DNA from: Nitrososphaeraceae archaeon
Lineage (GTDB): Archaea; Thermoproteota; Nitrososphaeria; Nitrososphaerales; Nitrososphaeraceae
DNA length: 54,898 nt
Assembly (NCBI GenBank): GCA_044870765.1
Contig: JBIOZG010000022.1
Coordinates: 1 to 54,898, forward strand
Reading direction: 5' to 3'
In this document: one piece after another, positions 1 to 9,789 of the stretch
Layout of the letters: every line of letters starts with the position of its first letter
Position numbering within the stretch: position 1 is the stretch's first letter
The notes under the pieces: model-generated
The model's input: only the letters and a program-made list of their open reading frames with translations
The model's database searches: none
What the model was told of the DNA's origin: nothing
Program-made: the position numbers and the translations under genes

Positions 1-26
1 AGCGATGGAGATTATTCCTAGACAAA

Positions 27-110
27 ATGAAATCTAAAAGTAGAAGGTATGCAACAAAAATAAAATTCACAGTGAAGGAGATGGAATTCCTTTCGAACAA
101 TGAGGATTAG
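27..110 (+). pseudogene. Truncated ORF resembling the N-terminus of a pyridoxamine 5'-phosphate oxidase-like (PPOX) protein
   Basis: Reads MKSKSRRYATKIKFTVKEMEFLSNNED*. The FTxKExEFL..NE stretch recalls thaumarchaeal PPOX N-termini (from memory). It stops just before a tandem-repeat block. Confidence 0.3.
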
Positions 111-113
111 CAG

Positions 114-227
114 TCTAGTTACTCAAATCTAGTTACTCAAATAAAGTCTGTAAAAAAATTATGGTAGACTTGGTGTAGACTTTAACAAATTAGTGGTAGA
201 CTTTAACAAATTAGTGGTAGACTTTAA
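114..227. repeat. Tandem repeats: 14-bp TCTAGTTACTCAAA x2 (114-142) and 21-bp GTAGACTTTAACAAATTAGTG x2.5 (175-227)
   Basis: Read directly from the sequence. Confidence 0.95.
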
Positions 228-596
228 AATAAAATATTGGCGCTACGCGCGTAGACTTATGTACACTTACAACTGATTGTCAATGTCCAATCTTAGATAG
301 CAACTAATCAATTGACTATACTGAAGAATTTTTTTTGAAATTTGTCTATTAATAACGGCTTTTGTAAATTATTTGCCGGCTTTTTCTAAATCATGTGACG
401 CCGCCAATAGTAACCGGCTTTTAGAAAACAGTTTCACTTTAGAGAAATTTAAAGCAAAAAATTTTCGGCAATCAAAATAATGCAAATGATTGCCCATGCT
501 GTCCATACAAAAATGAACATATTATTGAATAATCAAATATTAATATCTTCTAAATAGTCGATAAACTTAATTATTATTCATAATACTAGTAACTCG

Positions 597-929
597 ATGC
601 TCATTAGTACTTCAAAATATATCACACTTGCCACGGTAGTTTACCTGGTTGCATTTTTTGCATTTGCTTCGGGACTTGTAAATTCTATTATAGAGGGTGC
701 ACGATCAAGACAGTTTATTATCGAATCAAGATCAGTACAAACTGTCGGAGAAACCATTGTAATAGTAATGATACTATTTATGGGGATGTTCGGCGCCTAT
801 TTGCTATATAATTCAGGGAAAGCTGCAACGCCAAAGAGTCAATGGGCATATTTAGGGTCGGGATTTATTGTTATCACAATTGCTTTAATGGTTGCTTTCT
901 TTATAGTAAAAATTAAGACAGGAGCCTAA
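597..929 (+). CDS. 3-TM membrane protein, OST3/OST6 (OSTC/DC2)-like
   Basis: Three hydrophobic helices; F..SG.V..II, then QTVGET, then a C-terminal F..K..G pattern like the OST3/OST6 membrane region. Confidence 0.5.
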   Translation: MLISTSKYITLATVVYLVAFFAFASGLVNSIIEGARSRQFIIESRSVQTVGETIVIVMILFMGMFGAYLLYNSGKAATPKSQWAYLGSGFIVITIALMVAFFIVKIKTGA

Positions 930-1600
930 GTCCATTTCAAAACCTTGTCCTTCATAATAAAATTTTTATAATCGAGTTTTGGATGCCTGAGAACTGTAAT
1001 TGAAAGGTCATCAAGATTTCTAATTTTAACGTAAAAATTAAATGAACTTTTCATACTAAGCAGTCTATTACTTGTTACTCGTTCCTTTCCCATATATCGA
1101 ATCATACTAGTTACCAAAAATGGGATATTATATTCTGATGTATGTTTTAAGATTATCATGAGAACAAAGTAAAGTAACTGATTTAGACTTCCAATATTTA
1201 TTCTATTATTTTGTCTCAGTACAAGTCTGTCGTAAAAAAGATTATAAAATGAATTTATAGAATCAAAAATAACTAGAGAACATTCACTCATTGATTTTAT
1301 TATGTCTGTTGTGATAATATCGAAAATATCTTGAGATGGTAGAAAAATTTTCAAGATATTAGATTCAGATTGGTAATAATGATCATTTATTTTCTGTATT
1401 TTCATGGTCGGAATTAATCCGGCTTTAGCATACGAAGTAAATGCTGCATCAAAATCTAAATAGAATACCTTGTGATGATTGTCGTTATCATTCTTACATT
1501 GGAATTCTGATATAATTGAAGCAATAAGACATATTTTGGCATAAGAATCGTCAAAGATCAAGGTATTGAATCCTCCGTTATCTAGCATTTCTGAAATCAT
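926..1600 (-). CDS. Degenerate RecA/KaiC-fold protein
   Basis: VFYLDFD and Walker B-like LVIFDSINSFY motifs; no intact Walker A GKT. Confidence 0.5.
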   Translation of the reverse strand: MISEMLDNGGFNTLIFDDSYAKICLIASIISEFQCKNDNDNHHKVFYLDFDAAFTSYAKAGLIPTMKIQKINDHYYQSESNILKIFLPSQDIFDIITTDIIKSMSECSLVIFDSINSFYNLFYDRLVLRQNNRINIGSLNQLLYFVLMIILKHTSEYNIPFLVTSMIRYMGKERVTSNRLLSMKSSFNFYVKIRNLDDLSITVLRHPKLDYKNFIMKDKVLKWT

Positions 1601-1636
1601 GATTTTTATTATAATGAATTATTAAAAGGGGTTATA

Positions 1637-2842
1637 ATGGATTATCATGATACCAATGAAAATGATATAGACATAATACGTAAAGATTTTCCAGTCACAA
1701 AAAAAAAGATCTATATGAATTGTGGCTCATTCGCTCCGATGCCATTATCTACAATAAAATCAATCACTGATTTTCTAGTAAGATGCTCAGAGGAAGGCCC
1801 TGACTCGACCCCTGTGCAAGAGTACATTACATCACTAATGAAAGAACTTAGGGTTGACTTGAGCCGACTCATAAACTGTAAGCCCGAAGAAATAATCTTC
1901 ACTCAAAGTACTACTGAGGGCATAAACTATGTGGCATCTGGTATCGAATGGAAAAAGTCAGACGCCATTATTGCACGGGGCGGTCTTCATGAACACTATG
2001 CTAATTACTTCCCTTGGTTGAATATCTCGAAAAAATTTGGTATGAAACTTGAGGAAATTAAAATTAATGATAAGGGATTCTTTGATCTCGACAAGATTGA
2101 TAAGATTGCAAAGAATAAAAATGCAAGGCTGATAACACTCAGTCATGTTCTCTATAACAATGGAGGAATTATGCCTGTTGAAGAAGTTGGTGAAATTGCA
2201 AAAAGACATCAGATGCTATATTCCATAGATGCTGCCCAATCTGTTGGTACTATTAATGTAGACGTAAGAAGAATAGGTTGTGACTTTCTAGCATTTCCTG
2301 GTTTCAAGTGGATATGCGGTCCACCAGGCATCGCAATCTTTTATTGCAAAAAAGAATCAGCTCACTGGTTAACTCCAAAGTATATTGGAGGAGAATCCGC
2401 AATTATTACTGAAGAAAAAGACCTCGTTTACACGGATTCTCCACAAAAATTTCAAACAGGATTCAGAAACTATCCAGGCATTGCAGGTCTTGCTTCCTCA
2501 ATAAAGTACATTCAACGCTTGGGTGTTAATACAATAAGAAAAATGAATATGAAAATAGCAAACGAACTTGTTCAGGAGCTAAGAAGAATTCCCGGCATTT
2601 CTATCTTTGGACCTGAAGATGAAAAGGTCAGATCATCAATTGTATCTTTTACAATAGACTCAGTCAATCCTAAGACAATAGTATCTAGCCTCGAAGAGAA
2701 GGGTATAGTTGTTGCAGAGAGAGATATTGTAGGAGGAGGCAAGAAAAAGGCGGTACGAGCATCTCCACATTTCTTTAATGACCTAAGTGAAGTATCAACT
2801 TTTGTCCAAAATATAAAAAATATTCAAAACATATTAGGTTGA
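1637..2842 (+). CDS. PLP-dependent aminotransferase class V (cysteine desulfurase/C-S lyase-like)
   Basis: STTEGIN, EHYAN, IDAAQSVG, GFKW (PLP lysine) and VRASPHFFN motifs. Confidence 0.9.
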   Translation: MDYHDTNENDIDIIRKDFPVTKKKIYMNCGSFAPMPLSTIKSITDFLVRCSEEGPDSTPVQEYITSLMKELRVDLSRLINCKPEEIIFTQSTTEGINYVASGIEWKKSDAIIARGGLHEHYANYFPWLNISKKFGMKLEEIKINDKGFFDLDKIDKIAKNKNARLITLSHVLYNNGGIMPVEEVGEIAKRHQMLYSIDAAQSVGTINVDVRRIGCDFLAFPGFKWICGPPGIAIFYCKKESAHWLTPKYIGGESAIITEEKDLVYTDSPQKFQTGFRNYPGIAGLASSIKYIQRLGVNTIRKMNMKIANELVQELRRIPGISIFGPEDEKVRSSIVSFTIDSVNPKTIVSSLEEKGIVVAERDIVGGGKKKAVRASPHFFNDLSEVSTFVQNIKNIQNILG

Positions 2843-3096
2843 TTTTTCTTGTCTTTTCCTGTCTGACCTTCTATTACTATCATAGTCAGTGTGGACCTGA
2901 CTTTATCTATTCTTCTGACATGCCATGTTATGGTTTCTCTTAATTTGTCCATAGTATCTGCAGAAATCTTTACAATAATATCGTATACTCCGTATACACC
3001 GCTTACTTCACTTACTCCTGGGAGCTTCTTAATTTCCTGTAATATTTCCTCTTCGGAGCCGAGATCACAATTTATTAAAACATAAGCTGTTGGCAT
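2824..3096 (-). CDS. Stand-alone Lrp/AsnC ligand-binding (RAM) domain protein
   Basis: AYVLIN...VYGVYDIIVK...VRSTLTMIV; no HTH. Confidence 0.9.
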   Translation of the reverse strand: MPTAYVLINCDLGSEEEILQEIKKLPGVSEVSGVYGVYDIIVKISADTMDKLRETITWHVRRIDKVRSTLTMIVIEGQTGKDKKNQPNMF

Positions 3097-3134
3097 ACTA
3101 ATACAATAGTTCTAGGGAGTATTAAAACTCGATG

Positions 3135-3208
3135 TAGATTAAGGAATTTTGTACTATACTTCTAGTTTGATCTAGATTAAGGAATTTTGTACTATACTTC
3201 TAGTTTGA
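3135..3208. repeat. Direct duplication: two identical 36-bp copies separated by 2 bp
   Basis: TAGATTAAGGAATTTTGTACTATACTTCTAGTTTGA at 3135-3170 and 3173-3208. Confidence 0.97.
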
Positions 3209-3232
3209 GACGTTGATATACCAATGTAAAAT

Positions 3233-3886
3233 TTATTCTATTTTCCCAAATTTCTTGTCAACAGCAATGGCTCTTACGGGGGAACCAGATGCTCCAGATA
3301 ACTTCAAAGGTGTCATTATTAACGTAAAATATTGGTCTTGTAGTTTATCCAAATTACACAGATTTTCCACTATCAATACCTGATTGGATAATAGTATTTT
3401 ATGTACAGGAAAATTATTATCCGTCCCCCTATCAATGCTGGGTGAATCAATACACACAGCATTTACCTTCATATCGACCAAATAATTTGCGGCATCCTCT
3501 GAAAGACCAGGACTATGACTAAAATAATGGTCCTTATCTATTTCGTTCTCCCACGATGTTGAAAATACTATAGTATCACCCTGACCTATTCTTGCATTAG
3601 ATGCCACTATATCATTTGTTGTTATTAGTTGATCTATTCCCTTTTTTATCCTAATTAGGATAGCATTAGAAATGAATCTGGCGACTGTTATTTGGTCGAT
3701 CGATGAAACTTCGTTCACAAAATGAGATGGAGCGTCCATATGAGTACCCGTATGAGTACTCATAAAGATAACTTCTGAATGATATTGATGCACATCCATT
3801 TTAGTCCAAGTAATAAATTTGGGCGATGGCGAACCTGGAAAGACTTTGGTGTCATTTCTTATTTCTCGGGTTAAATCTATTATCAT
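3233..3886 (-). CDS. Cyclase family protein (kynurenine formamidase-like)
   Basis: HTGTHMDAPSH, IDSPSID, IVENL and GASGSPVRA motifs. Confidence 0.9.
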   Translation of the reverse strand: MIIDLTREIRNDTKVFPGSPSPKFITWTKMDVHQYHSEVIFMSTHTGTHMDAPSHFVNEVSSIDQITVARFISNAILIRIKKGIDQLITTNDIVASNARIGQGDTIVFSTSWENEIDKDHYFSHSPGLSEDAANYLVDMKVNAVCIDSPSIDRGTDNNFPVHKILLSNQVLIVENLCNLDKLQDQYFTLIMTPLKLSGASGSPVRAIAVDKKFGKIE

Positions 3887-4173
3887 CCAATTATGACTCT
3901 TATGATTTCTTCATATTTCTTTTGCCTCTAAGGCTGGACTTGATAATTCCATTTATGATGATAACACTCAAAAATCCAAATGAACCCATCAATAAATAGA
4001 ATACACCACTATGAGCTATTTCAGTTAATTCATCAATTATCATATCTAAAGTCAATGAAATTAAGTTAAGTAGCAGGTAAACAAATAAAATATTTGCTAT
4101 GAATCATATCGTTGTATTCTAATTAAAAATCGTATAACCGGATTGAGATTAGACGATTTTTTAGTTATTTGTT

Positions 4174-4500
4174 CTAATCACTTACTTTCAGCCAATTCCA
4201 AGCTTCAATACCTCTAATCGCACACTGTTTTCTAATAATCTGCCTTGCCCTACTTGCAGCTTCATTTTCATCCATCGATTTTGTTCTCAAAAACTGTATC
4301 AATAATTCTTCGTAAAGTTTTTTTGCTCTCTGCTCAGAAAATTCTTTATACTCTCTTTTAGTTCTTGATTTATTTGATGTTTTTCCCTTCCCTAGCCCCT
4401 GGTCATCAGGTTGATTGAAGCCTTTTAGCTCGGCATATTCAAGTTTACAATCATAACAGCCTTCAGCAAAAAAATTCTTATGAATATCGCAGGGACACAA
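4174..4500 (-). CDS. Hypothetical protein with N-terminal Cys/His metal-binding motif
   Basis: CPCDIH...CYDC followed by a helical basic domain. Confidence 0.65.
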   Translation of the reverse strand: MCPCDIHKNFFAEGCYDCKLEYAELKGFNQPDDQGLGKGKTSNKSRTKREYKEFSEQRAKKLYEELLIQFLRTKSMDENEAASRARQIIRKQCAIRGIEAWNWLKVSD

Positions 4501-4587
4501 TTACGTAATATTATTCAAAGTTAGATTTAAGGAAAGTGTCAATCTTAGGTATGAACCAATAAAGAAAGAATAGAGGACTAGGAGATA

Positions 4588-5874
4588 TTATATCGCATTT
4601 TTGGCGACCTTAAATTTGAGACGAAGTTTTGTAATTAATAGATATAGTAACGAGGAAGCAATTAAACTGGGAACAGTAGAACCTATAGTGGGTAGCTGCG
4701 ATACGTAAATGGGCGAAAGCTGAGAAAGTAGATAATATAATAATGCTCCAATAGCCCATGCTATGATAGCAGGATATCCTACTTTAATAAGATTGTTACC
4801 ATACATCATATCATTCTGATATTTACCATGCTTAATAACAAAATAGTCTGTCAATAAGACACCAAATAAAGGGATAAATAGAGCTCCTATCAATAACAAG
4901 AATTGTTCATATCCTTCAATTGAGATGAGAGTAGCCAAAATAGTACTCGCGATAGAAAATCCGATAATTAGATACCGCTGATTTAGATTCTGAAAGATAC
5001 TTTGTGACGAAATTGCTGCAGAATAGATATCTGCAAAAGCATTATCAATCTCGTCGACAATCATGACCAATAGAACAAAACCAAATAAAATCGCCTGAAT
5101 TGAGACTATTATCGATGAAATATCCGTTAATCCAAACAATAATCCGCCAAGATAAAAAATGATATTTGTTAAGGAAAATCCAATTAGTGTTCCCAGGAGG
5201 GCTCCCCTACTTTTCTTTGCGAATCTGTTGTAATCCGAAACAAGGGGCATCCAGGAAATTGGCATGGCAATTACAATATCAAGTGCAACAAAAAATGACA
5301 TGTCTTTACCTGATTCAGCTATGACACTTGAAAGATTTTGAAATAATAGGGTAACTAAGATTATTATTGAAGAACCATAAACTATCCATATTGCAAACTT
5401 TGATAGCCACTGTTTTACCAAAAATAAAGGACCAAAAATACCAAACAGAGCAATAATAATTCCAAATAAAATATTCCACACAAAAGTAACGTGTATATTT
5501 GTTAGTTGTTGAGCAGCTTTTGAAAGTATAAGAATCTCAAACGTAGTCCATCCAATCAGTTGTATTATATTTAGAATAGCGGCAAGATATGAGCCATACA
5601 ATCCAAAAGCCGGTCTTATTCCAATAAATGATGGTACAGCATTATCACTTCCTATTTTTCCTGTCAGCGATAAAAGCACGGAGCCGGCAATAGAACCAAG
5701 TATGATTGCAAGTAGTGCATGATAAAAAGGAGCATCCGACAAAAATGATCCTGCAGAAAAAACCAACAATCCAACTCCAAGACTAGACCACAAAATAAAA
5801 TAGTCAAAGGCCCCAAGAATTCTGTGTTTTGAAGGCACAGGATCGATACCCCATTGTGGCAAATTAGGCACCAT
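4588..5874 (-). CDS. NCS1 family purine/cytosine permease (CytX-like, possible HMP transporter)
   Basis: About 12 TM helices; QLIGWTTFE, AMPISWMPLVSDYNRF and FIPLFGVLLTDYF motifs. Confidence 0.85.
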   Translation of the reverse strand: MVPNLPQWGIDPVPSKHRILGAFDYFILWSSLGVGLLVFSAGSFLSDAPFYHALLAIILGSIAGSVLLSLTGKIGSDNAVPSFIGIRPAFGLYGSYLAAILNIIQLIGWTTFEILILSKAAQQLTNIHVTFVWNILFGIIIALFGIFGPLFLVKQWLSKFAIWIVYGSSIIILVTLLFQNLSSVIAESGKDMSFFVALDIVIAMPISWMPLVSDYNRFAKKSRGALLGTLIGFSLTNIIFYLGGLLFGLTDISSIIVSIQAILFGFVLLVMIVDEIDNAFADIYSAAISSQSIFQNLNQRYLIIGFSIASTILATLISIEGYEQFLLLIGALFIPLFGVLLTDYFVIKHGKYQNDMMYGNNLIKVGYPAIIAWAIGALLYYLLSQLSPIYVSQLPTIGSTVPSLIASSLLYLLITKLRLKFKVAKNAI

Positions 5875-6190
5875 ATTTTGACTACCAATTTTTGTGAATA
5901 TAAATTAATAAACCAAAAAAGCATTAGAATTCACACATTATAATTAAATTAAAAAACAAACAAAAAACATAAATTTTTTACATAATATTAATAAGTCTAA
6001 ACTGCATATATTAATATGATGTCTATTTGTGTTATGTGTCTGAAACTTTATGACGAGGATAATGTAAATCTTCAACGAAAAATATTAAAAGACAAAGATT
6101 TCTGCAACGAATGTTGGACAGAAGTTATGAATATAGAATAACGCTGTTAGAATCTGCTATTATCTTTCTTTGTTTTGATAAAGTTATGTC

Positions 6191-6682
6191 TCAGGAATTC
6201 CAATTCCTCTTTTTCGCTTCATATTCGTCCCTTGTATATCTAACAGTTGCCGGATGGCCCATTACAACTGCGTCAGGCGGGACATCTTTTGTTACAACTG
6301 CCCCCATGGCGACAACGCTGTTTTTACCTACAGTTACTCCAGCCCTAAATACAGCTCTTCCCCCGATTATTACTCCGTCCTCCACCACAACTCCTATCAT
6401 TTTCGGACTCATTGGATAAGGATCATTTGTAAATGCCGCGCAGGGTCCAATGAATACGTTTTTTCCGATTTTTGTTAAGGGAGGAATATAAACAGATCCT
6501 TCAATTCTTGTATTTTCTCCTATTTTTACATTGTAATCTATGTGGACAAGTGATCCAATAGAGACATTGTCGCCTATCTCAGTATTGTTACCAACGTAGC
6601 TAAAATGCCATATCTTTACGTTCTTTCCTATCTTGGCAGATTCCGAAATAAAATTTATCAAACTATCACTCTGCTTTTCCAT
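6191..6682 (-). CDS. Hexapeptide-repeat N-acetyltransferase (WbpD-like)
   Basis: Left-handed beta-helix repeats, VKIWHF, FTNDPYP, GAVVTKDVP. Confidence 0.85.
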   Translation of the reverse strand: MEKQSDSLINFISESAKIGKNVKIWHFSYVGNNTEIGDNVSIGSLVHIDYNVKIGENTRIEGSVYIPPLTKIGKNVFIGPCAAFTNDPYPMSPKMIGVVVEDGVIIGGRAVFRAGVTVGKNSVVAMGAVVTKDVPPDAVVMGHPATVRYTRDEYEAKKRNWNS

Positions 6683-6758
6683 ATTTGTCTTCTCTTATAG
6701 AGAATAATATACTATATCTATTATTCAAATTCAATTTACCGTTCCTTGGCATTCGTAA

Positions 6759-7049
6759 TCACTTTAAATGCCATGGTTTTGCGTTTTTTGTTATCTTATC
6801 TGGGATTTTTTGTTCCCATTTTTGTAAAAATTGAATATCTTTTTCTTTGTCACGCAGATCATCTGGTAGCATAACTGGAATCTCTTCAATAATTGGATAA
6901 AACCTCGAACACTCTGAACAAAAAAGTACTCCTTCCTTTATGACCAATTCTTTAACAGTCGTATTTTCAGCGGAATCAATTTGAATCAATTCCAATGGAT
7001 AATGTTTATCAATAGGACATGCCAGAATGTCTAGCATTGATAGTCTCAT
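6759..7049 (-). CDS. trm112: Trm112 family methyltransferase activator
   Basis: DILACPIDK...EGVLFCSECSRFYPIIEEIPVML. Confidence 0.88.
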   Translation of the reverse strand: MRLSMLDILACPIDKHYPLELIQIDSAENTTVKELVIKEGVLFCSECSRFYPIIEEIPVMLPDDLRDKEKDIQFLQKWEQKIPDKITKNAKPWHLK

Positions 7050-7081
7050 GCTTAATGTATTGACTGGTACATCTTATTATG

Positions 7082-8065
7082 TTATTTTAATTCCAAATAA
7101 ATTGGCGATCCAGTTTCGCTTGAAAGAAGTGCTGCCTCGGCTACTTTTGTAACATTTGTTGCCTCCACAGAGGTGACTACCGGCTTTTTTCTCTTCCCCT
7201 CTATAGTCTCAATAAAACTCTGTAATTCCAATACAAGAGGCTCTTGAAACTGTTGTCTTCTAGGAATTATGGTCGCCTCGCCATGATCAATTCTTATCTC
7301 CTGAGTAATAAAATCACCATTAACTGTACCTTCAGTACATACAGCAGAAAAAGTTCTGACCTTTTTCGGTGTAACCCAATTTGATGCAATTATTGCTACC
7401 TTTTGATCCTCAAATCCCAACATTATTGTTGCAAAATCCTCGAACAAATGAAACTTTTTGCCCGCTCTAGCAAAGACCATTTTTGGACCTCTACCGAAAA
7501 GGAACATTGCGGTATCAATATCGTGAACTGAGGTATCATAGATGACACCTACATCCTTGATGTGTAGCGGCATTCTGTTTTCCCTGTGGAATTCCATCAT
7601 CAAAAGGTCACCGTAAGTTTGTTCCTGGATTATCTTTTTCAAATCCTGAACAGCAGGATTAAATCTTTCTACATATCCGCATGTTAAAATCAGGTTGGCC
7701 TTCTCCGACATGTCTGTCATCTCTTCACATTCTTTGGATGAAAATGAAAGAGGCTTCTCCACAAATGCATGACAGCCATTTTGAATTACCTCCTTTACTA
7801 CCGGTAGATGGGATTTAGTAGGTGTGCAAACTAAACAAGCATCCAACCCTCTTTCATTGGAAAATAGATCCTTTAATGAGGAATAAAATTTCGTATCATA
7901 TTTTTTTCCAATTTCTCGCGCACGATCTTTAGACAGATCACAAACTGCTTGGAGGACGCCCATATTATGGAGAACCCTGACATGATTCTTGCCCCAACCA
8001 CCTACTCCAATTGCACCAATTTTTAGTCCACCGTTCTTGTTTCTTACCAAATGGGCGTTAACCAC
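7082..8065 (-). CDS. Gfo/Idh/MocA oxidoreductase (WbpB-like)
   Basis: GVGGWGKNH, VEKP, ERFNPAV and HDID motifs; the true start may lie slightly downstream. Confidence 0.9.
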   Translation of the reverse strand: MVNAHLVRNKNGGLKIGAIGVGGWGKNHVRVLHNMGVLQAVCDLSKDRAREIGKKYDTKFYSSLKDLFSNERGLDACLVCTPTKSHLPVVKEVIQNGCHAFVEKPLSFSSKECEEMTDMSEKANLILTCGYVERFNPAVQDLKKIIQEQTYGDLLMMEFHRENRMPLHIKDVGVIYDTSVHDIDTAMFLFGRGPKMVFARAGKKFHLFEDFATIMLGFEDQKVAIIASNWVTPKKVRTFSAVCTEGTVNGDFITQEIRIDHGEATIIPRRQQFQEPLVLELQSFIETIEGKRKKPVVTSVEATNVTKVAEAALLSSETGSPIYLELK

Positions 8066-8961
8066 CCCATAAATTTTTCAACTTTTCCAATAACAATCCT
8101 TTCGTAATTTTCTCGTATACTTTTTGTTATGGCACCTTCCCTTCCATTTCCAACTACATTTCCGTCAATCTTTGTAATTGCTATTATTTCAGCGGCGGTT
8201 CCCGTCAGAAATATCTCATCAGCCAGATACAATTCTGTCCTTGAGATTGGACGTTCAACAACTTCATAACCAAATTCTTTTGCAATTATAATGGCAGTAT
8301 TTCTTGTTATGCCTTCTAATATCGAATCTGATAACTGTGGTGTGTGAAGCTTTCCATTTCTGACAATAAAGATATTTTCCCCAGATGCTTCACTAACACA
8401 CCCATTCGTATCTAGAAGTATCGACTCGTCATATCCATTTCTTCTGCATTCTTGGGTAGCCAATATAGAATTAAGATAATTGCCTGAAGCCTTTGCCATC
8501 GGAGGAACGGATTCATCACTAATTCTTCTCCAAGAAGAAATGCAGGCAGAAATGCCATCGCCCTTAAAGTACTTTGCGAATGGAAATATTATGATCGTTG
8601 TGTGTGTTGGAGAATTCTTTGTTACGTTTAAATCTATTCCATGGAGGCCAACAAATGTTAGTGGTCTAATATAACATGATTCCTTTATAGAGTTTTTTTG
8701 AATTAATTCAACTGTGGCATTACAAAGTTCGTCAACTGAAAATTTTGTTGTAAAGCAATACACATTAGCTGATTTATGGAGCCTTTCCATATGCTCCTTT
8801 AATCTGAATATATACAAATTCTCATCAGATGAATATGCACGTATTCCTTCAAAGACCGCGGTTCCATAATGAAGAGCGTGAACAAAGATAGGAATCTTGG
8901 CATCTTCCCATTTTAGATGCTGTCCATCGAACCAGACAAAATCAACAGCCTTATCCTTCAT
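8044..8961 (-). CDS. ilvE: Branched-chain amino acid aminotransferase
   Basis: HALHYGTAVFEGIRAY, AKASGNYLNS, ILEGITR and FLTGTAAEI motifs. Confidence 0.95.
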   Translation of the reverse strand: MKDKAVDFVWFDGQHLKWEDAKIPIFVHALHYGTAVFEGIRAYSSDENLYIFRLKEHMERLHKSANVYCFTTKFSVDELCNATVELIQKNSIKESCYIRPLTFVGLHGIDLNVTKNSPTHTTIIIFPFAKYFKGDGISACISSWRRISDESVPPMAKASGNYLNSILATQECRRNGYDESILLDTNGCVSEASGENIFIVRNGKLHTPQLSDSILEGITRNTAIIIAKEFGYEVVERPISRTELYLADEIFLTGTAAEIIAITKIDGNVVGNGREGAITKSIRENYERIVIGKVEKFMGWLTPIW

Positions 8962-9028
8962 AGTGGGAAATCAATAATTGGATAATAAAAGTATTCAAAT
9001 CCAAATCCTCCGTATTCAGAACGTTAAA

Positions 9029-9742
9029 CTAATTGAGAATACCTTCTGTTGGGAACTTCATCCCAAATATTTTAATGGTTTTGTCAGTTGATTGGGCAAA
9101 TTTTTCAACTGTGCTCCAGTTATCCATAATTACATTGGCAACAGATTTAGGTACCATTGCTTCCCATGATTCTCTAACTCTTCCATTGTATTGTTCTGTA
9201 TGTTCTTGATGATTGTTTTGGGCTGAGTGGTTCATGTTATTGTGAGTATTATTGTCAAGTTCGTCCTTTCTTAACTTCTCTATCGCCTCTTGATAAAGTA
9301 ACTCTTTTACATTAGATGAAGATATCTCAAGTCTCTTTGCTCTGATTGGATGAAGATTATACAATCGCAGAGCGATTCTTTCCGCTCTATCTCCTGTATA
9401 CGAAATATACTGCTCCTCGAGGACGTCACGTAGAATCCCTGCACGCAACATCCATGAATATGGGGACACAATCGGCGGAAGGTATTTGATATATGGAGAA
9501 ACAAATTTGTAATTAGGTAGGATCTCTATATTATTATGACCATTGAACAAGCTTAGTAGCATCTTTTTTCTTATCTCATACGAGAATGGAAAAGTTCTTG
9601 TATTTACCTCTCTATCTTCTCTTAAGAAAATAACTGGAAAAATATACACATGATATTCTTTAGCTAATTGAGAAATTATTTTTTCATGCGAATTTGTGAT
9701 TGGATTTAAATGTGCTAGATATAGCGCTGCAGTATTTTCCAA
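9029..9742 (-). CDS. HxGH-class nucleotidyltransferase (NMN adenylyltransferase-like)
   Basis: HLNPITNSH, PFSYEIRKKML, ISSSNVK and WEAMVPKSV, which parallel NadM-type motifs. Confidence 0.65.
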   Translation of the reverse strand: MENTAALYLAHLNPITNSHEKIISQLAKEYHVYIFPVIFLREDREVNTRTFPFSYEIRKKMLLSLFNGHNNIEILPNYKFVSPYIKYLPPIVSPYSWMLRAGILRDVLEEQYISYTGDRAERIALRLYNLHPIRAKRLEISSSNVKELLYQEAIEKLRKDELDNNTHNNMNHSAQNNHQEHTEQYNGRVRESWEAMVPKSVANVIMDNWSTVEKFAQSTDKTIKIFGMKFPTEGILN

Positions 9743-9789
9743 TTATCAACCTTGATAGAAAATAATAACAAAAAGTAAGGAGGAAGCCC

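Noticed and set aside
110-480. Chromosomal replication origin
   Set aside because: No ORB-like box with a G-string and no cdc6/orc1 in view.
3135-3208. 36-bp direct repeats as a CRISPR mini-array
   Set aside because: Only two copies, a 2-bp gap rather than a spacer, and no cas genes.
5880-6190. TPP riboswitch upstream of the CytX-like permease
   Set aside because: Very AT-rich, with no TPP aptamer consensus recognisable on the minus strand.
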